Shown here in pieces: positions 60,490 through 64,000 of a stretch of 64,000 bases of DNA. How positions within the stretch are numbered: position 1 is the stretch's first letter; each line of letters starts with the position of its first letter. Position numbers and translations under genes: made by a program. Source of the stretch: Okamejei kenojei (lineage: Eukaryota). Below the pieces are notes generated by a model. It was given only the letters and a program-made list of their open reading frames with translations, ran no database searches and had not been told where the DNA came from. The DNA is taken from assembly GCA_035221665.1 (NCBI GenBank), contig CM069163.1, forward strand, positions 15,748,001 through 15,812,000. The letters run 5' to 3'.

Positions 60490-61130
60490 ATGCCTGCTGT
60501 TGCACATCTTCCCTTCCCACTTCATATCTAGTGACTACATTCGGTATTCACATTGTGGTCTCCTCTACATTGCAGTGACCTAATGCAGATGTGGTGTCCT
60601 CTTGACAGAGCACCTATGTTACTTCGACAGAAGTGATTCTGACCCTCTAGTGTTCTGCCGCTCTAATGGCCCTGTCCCACGGTATGAGTTCATTCCAAGA
60701 GCTCTCCCAAGTTTGCCCTGATTCGAACTCGGAGATTTACGATAATGGCCGCTCGTCGGTACTCTGTGCTCTTGTGGACATTTTTCAACATATTGAAAAA
60801 TCTTTACGAGTCTTCCTGAGCTTACCTGCCCGTTAGCGAGTCTTCCTGAGTACCTGCCGTTAGCGTTACGAGCCGCTAAGAGACGTCCCCGAGCACCGAC
60901 GTACCCGCTACGTTCATTGTCCGTGCTGACCACGAGTTTGATTTTTTTCAAACTCGGGAGAGCTCTTGGAATGAACTTGTACCATGGGACCGGGCCATAA
61001 TTCTCCATTCCATTCTGTCTGTGGCCTTCTGCACTGTTGCAACAAGGCCCAAAATAAGTTCGAGAAACAGCACCTCTTCTTTCTCGACCTGTTGGATTCT
61101 TGGGCTTGATGTCAAATCCAACTGTTCTGG
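60490..61130 (+). mobile_element. Degraded Penelope GIY-YIG fragment split by a Harbinger MITE
   Basis: Remnant codons for ...CGLLYI..TxCR....EHL before the MITE and GLLHC...K.EKQHL after it, matching the 44100-44240 copy. Confidence 0.55.
60667..60997. mobile_element. PIF/Harbinger-type MITE, 331 bp
   Basis: ~45-bp TIRs TGGCCCTGTCCCACGGTATGAGTTCATTCCAAGAGCTCTCCC / GGGAGAGCTCTTGGAATGAACTTGTACCATGGGACCGGGCCA; TAA at 60664-60666 and 60998-61000. Confidence 0.88.
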
Positions 61131-61484
61131 GTAACTTATTCTCTCTGTCTGGATCAGAATGGGCTGGGTCACCATCGTGATAGTGGCTCCATTAGCATAG
61201 CCTAACCTGGGCATGCCCTGTAGACCTGCCTTCTGCAACATCATGGCATTCCCTTGTCTGCCCATGCTCTCTAACTGAATAATTTCACAGCTTCTGTGAA
61301 CAGAAGACTATTTCCCCCACCCTACCTGCCCTCCATTCACCAGATGAACTCATGTAAACTGTATCCTGGCCTCACATGATCAATGATCCCCTTGGTCCTA
61401 TCCATTCTCCCTGCAACTTTCTTCTAACTTGCTGTCTCTCCTTCCCTGTCCTAAGGAAGGGTCTTCAACCCAAAGCAATGGTTC

Positions 61485-62340
61485 AATGGTCTTTTATTGT
61501 CACGTGTGCGAAGTACAGTGAGATTTGATTTACCATACGGTCATACCAAAAACGCAATATGATACAAAACGAAATAAAGATTAAACATAAACAGTCACCA
61601 CATCGGCGTGTGAGAATCCCTACGGCACACAACATAAGTGGAGACCCATAGCAATCAGTTCAATGTCCAGGGCCACACACTCGCCCCTTCACCGTGATAT
61701 GACCAGAGTTGTACCGACCGCTGCCACTCTCTCTGCAGTCCCTGTCCACCTGAACAGTCAGAAAGCCGTCCACACTCGCAGCAGACTCCTGGATGTTCTC
61801 TTGGCGCGATGTCCCCGCAAATACCGTGATCACTGCACTCACGGCAATCCCTCCGAGTCCCCATCACGCAGGCAGAGCGTCCATCTTGTTTTTCAGCTAC
61901 CTCACATTCCCCACTGTGATGGAAGGCAAATAACTTTTACATTCCTCCTTTTCTCTCACGGTCGAGGTGATCGAAACATCCGCAGTCGGGGCGATCGTAA
62001 CTCCCGCAGTCGGCGATCGAAGCCCCCGCAACGGGGCGATCGAGGCTCCCGCGATCGGGATGGTCGAATATCCTGCGGTTGGAGCTCCCACAGTCGATCC
62101 CTAACAAAGGGACCGACCGCCAGCTCCACGATGTTAGGCTGCAGTGCGGATGGAGACGCGATATGGAAAAAGTAGCATCTCCGTCGAGGGAAGAGATTAA
62201 AAAAAAGTTTCCCCCAAACACCCCACATAATACAAAACTAAAGATACGCTAAAACATACAAATAAAAACAGACTAAAAACAACAAAAGAAGAAAGGGACG
62301 AGACAGGCTGTTGGCGAGGTTGCCACATATGGAGCCACCC
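61485..62340 (-). mobile_element. Non-coding dispersed repeat related to 14510-15299 and 22216-23046
   Basis: Shared blocks CACATTCCCCACTGTGATGGAAGGCAA, GCAGTGCGGATGGAGAC, GCATCTCCGTCGAG. Confidence 0.6.
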
Positions 62341-62803
62341 GGTGGTCCTATCCATTCGCCCTGCAGCTTTCTTCTAACTTGCCTTCTCTCCTTCCCTGCC
62401 GTAAGGAATGAGTCTTCAACTCAAAGCATTATGTTGTTTCTCTTTCCACAGATGCGACCCGACCTGGTGAATGCTTCCAATATTCAATGTTTTTAATTCA
62501 GATTTCCAGCATCTGCACTGTTATTGATTTTCAAAAATGGTTGGTGATCACAGTGCATCAAATGTTGCCTGTTGTGAAGGTCTCTGAATCGCAGGCGAGA
62601 GCCGTGTCTCCCTAACCTCAGGATTCAAATGCCGGAAAACATTTGCGCTAGGTTGAGTGGAGTTGCAGTGATGTGCCCTGCATTCTCACTAACCTGCTCG
62701 CCACTCATTCCTCTCTCCAGGGACCCTCCCTATTGCTGAGCTTAACCTGGATTATTGTTACCAGCTCACCGTTGACTCAAATTGTCTTTGAATTTCTTAA
62801 CAG

Positions 62804-62853
62804 AAAAAACGAGCAAGGCTTCCTTGAAAGACAAGAAGAAAAAGAAGAAAAAT
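62804..62853 (+). CDS. RABL6: RABL6 coding exon 14 (Lys-rich)
   Basis: taacag acceptor, AAT|gtgagc donor, 50 nt, phase 1/0; EKTSKASLKDKKKKKKN. The terminal exon was not found in the window. Confidence 0.85.
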
Positions 62854-63420
62854 GTGAGCGAGTTACATTGTTTTCCATACCAATTAACAATCATTGCGCT
62901 GTTGTATATTCTGAGGACAGGAACCTGGAAAGTACAGAGTAGCTGTTGAGATGGGAAGTAGGGAGGCAGGAACAATTGATCATGATGGAAGGTTTATGAT
63001 TGGTCCCACTTCATGGACATTAACCTGCACTCGGGTCTTGCAAACCAATGCCCTGCTGACCTCGGAGCATGGTATTGAAGCAAGACCCGTCTGCCTGTTC
63101 AACTGAGCTCAATGATCCTGTGATCATTCCCAAGGGAAGCAGAACAGTTCTCTGAATGTTACTGTAGATACTTGTCCTTCACCCAATATTGATTATGTGA
63201 TCGTTTCTAAGACTGTAGAAAATGCAATTTCGTTCAAATCAAAAATAAAAGGCATTCTATTCTATTCTATCCCAGTGCTATGTGTGGCATCTTGCTGACT
63301 GCAAATTGCTGCCTTTGCTATATTACAAAATGGACTACACTTCAAAAGTACTTGATTGACTGTGTGGCCCTCTGGAACATCCAAACACTGATACCTCCAG
63401 TGTCCCCCTCCCTGAGTCTC

Positions 63421-63454
63421 GGTCTGATGAAGGGTCTGGACTCGAAACGTCACC
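63421..63454 (+). ncRNA. Putative minimal type I hammerhead ribozyme (Penelope type), best-preserved copy
   Basis: GGT-CTGATGA-A-GGGTC(TG)GACTC-GAAA-C-GTC-ACC: stem I GGT/ACC, canonical CUGAUGA and GAAA boxes, GUC cleavage triplet, palindromic ACGT in place of stem III. Confidence 0.65.
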
Positions 63455-63810
63455 TATTCCTTTTCTCCAGAGATGCTGCCTGACCTGCTGAGTTACTCCA
63501 GTATTTTGTGTCTATAAACACTGAAGGAACTTTGGGTAGGGCTGTGGAGAAATTAGGCTTTTGTAGCAAAGTTCACCAAAACCAGAGGGCTTGCTCATCC
63601 AGTTAATGGCCCACGACGATTGCTTATTGCTGGTTCCCTCAGTTCTGTCGAGCCAGATCCTGGATGGAGAAGTGTCGAGAGTGCTAAATGGGTTTAACTC
63701 GCATCAGAGTTCTGATGCTGAAAGCTATAGCACTCCACTGGCCTTTTATAATATGATTATAAATGATGCCAGTATTATAGGTGTTCCATCTCAACAATTG
63801 GATTCTTGTG

Positions 63811-63902
63811 GGTACACAAAAGGCTGGAGAAACTCAGCGGGTACAGCAGCATCTAAGGAGCGAAGGAGATAGGCGACGTTTCGGGTCGAGACCCTTCTTC
63901 GC
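63811..63902 (-). mobile_element. Short Penelope-derived element with 17-bp flanking direct repeat
   Basis: ACAATTGGATTCTTGTG at 63794-63810 and 63903-63919; the hammerhead core is truncated at the CUGA box. Confidence 0.72.
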
Positions 63903-64000
63903 ACAATTGGATTCTTGTGTTTAGGTTTAAGTTTCTTATTGTCCCGTGTACTGACCTACAGTGAAAAACTTTATTTACATGCCAAACAATAAAAATAGAT

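Noticed and set aside
62854-64000. RABL6 terminal exon
   Set aside because: No phase-0 Lys/Glu-rich exon is visible before the window ends; it is presumed to lie downstream.

Overview
Eukaryotic genomic DNA, most likely from a cartilaginous fish (skate/ray); this is inferred from its HE1/V-SINE, CR1 and Penelope repeat content. Two spliced + strand genes can be reconstructed by eye. The first is the last four coding exons of a CCDC183-like coiled-coil gene (940-7444). The second is RABL6, coding exons 1-14 (ATG 16387 to 62853; 681 codons in frame with the shorter exon-5 acceptor; last exon beyond the window). The arrangement matches my recollection of the human CCDC183-RABL6 pair. Between the genes lies a 4.5-kb hAT transposon (9574-14089) with a 6-bp rather than the usual 8-bp target-site duplication (TSD). 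Its ~872-codon transposase is broken only by one stop codon and by a nested 6-bp-TSD MITE. A third element of this group (42843-43302) carries a long hairpin and a CRE/GC-box array. The most widespread hidden signal is a short repeat scattered through the introns. It contains a minimal Penelope-type hammerhead ribozyme core (CUGANGA-stem II-GAAACGUC), some copies have 16-18 bp flanking direct repeats, and one copy is still attached to a Penelope GIY-YIG ORF end. The RABL6 promoter is a 47-bp NRF1-motif minisatellite resembling the nested MITE. Homology calls come from remembered motifs, not database searches. Repeat boundaries without TIR/TSD evidence are approximate.
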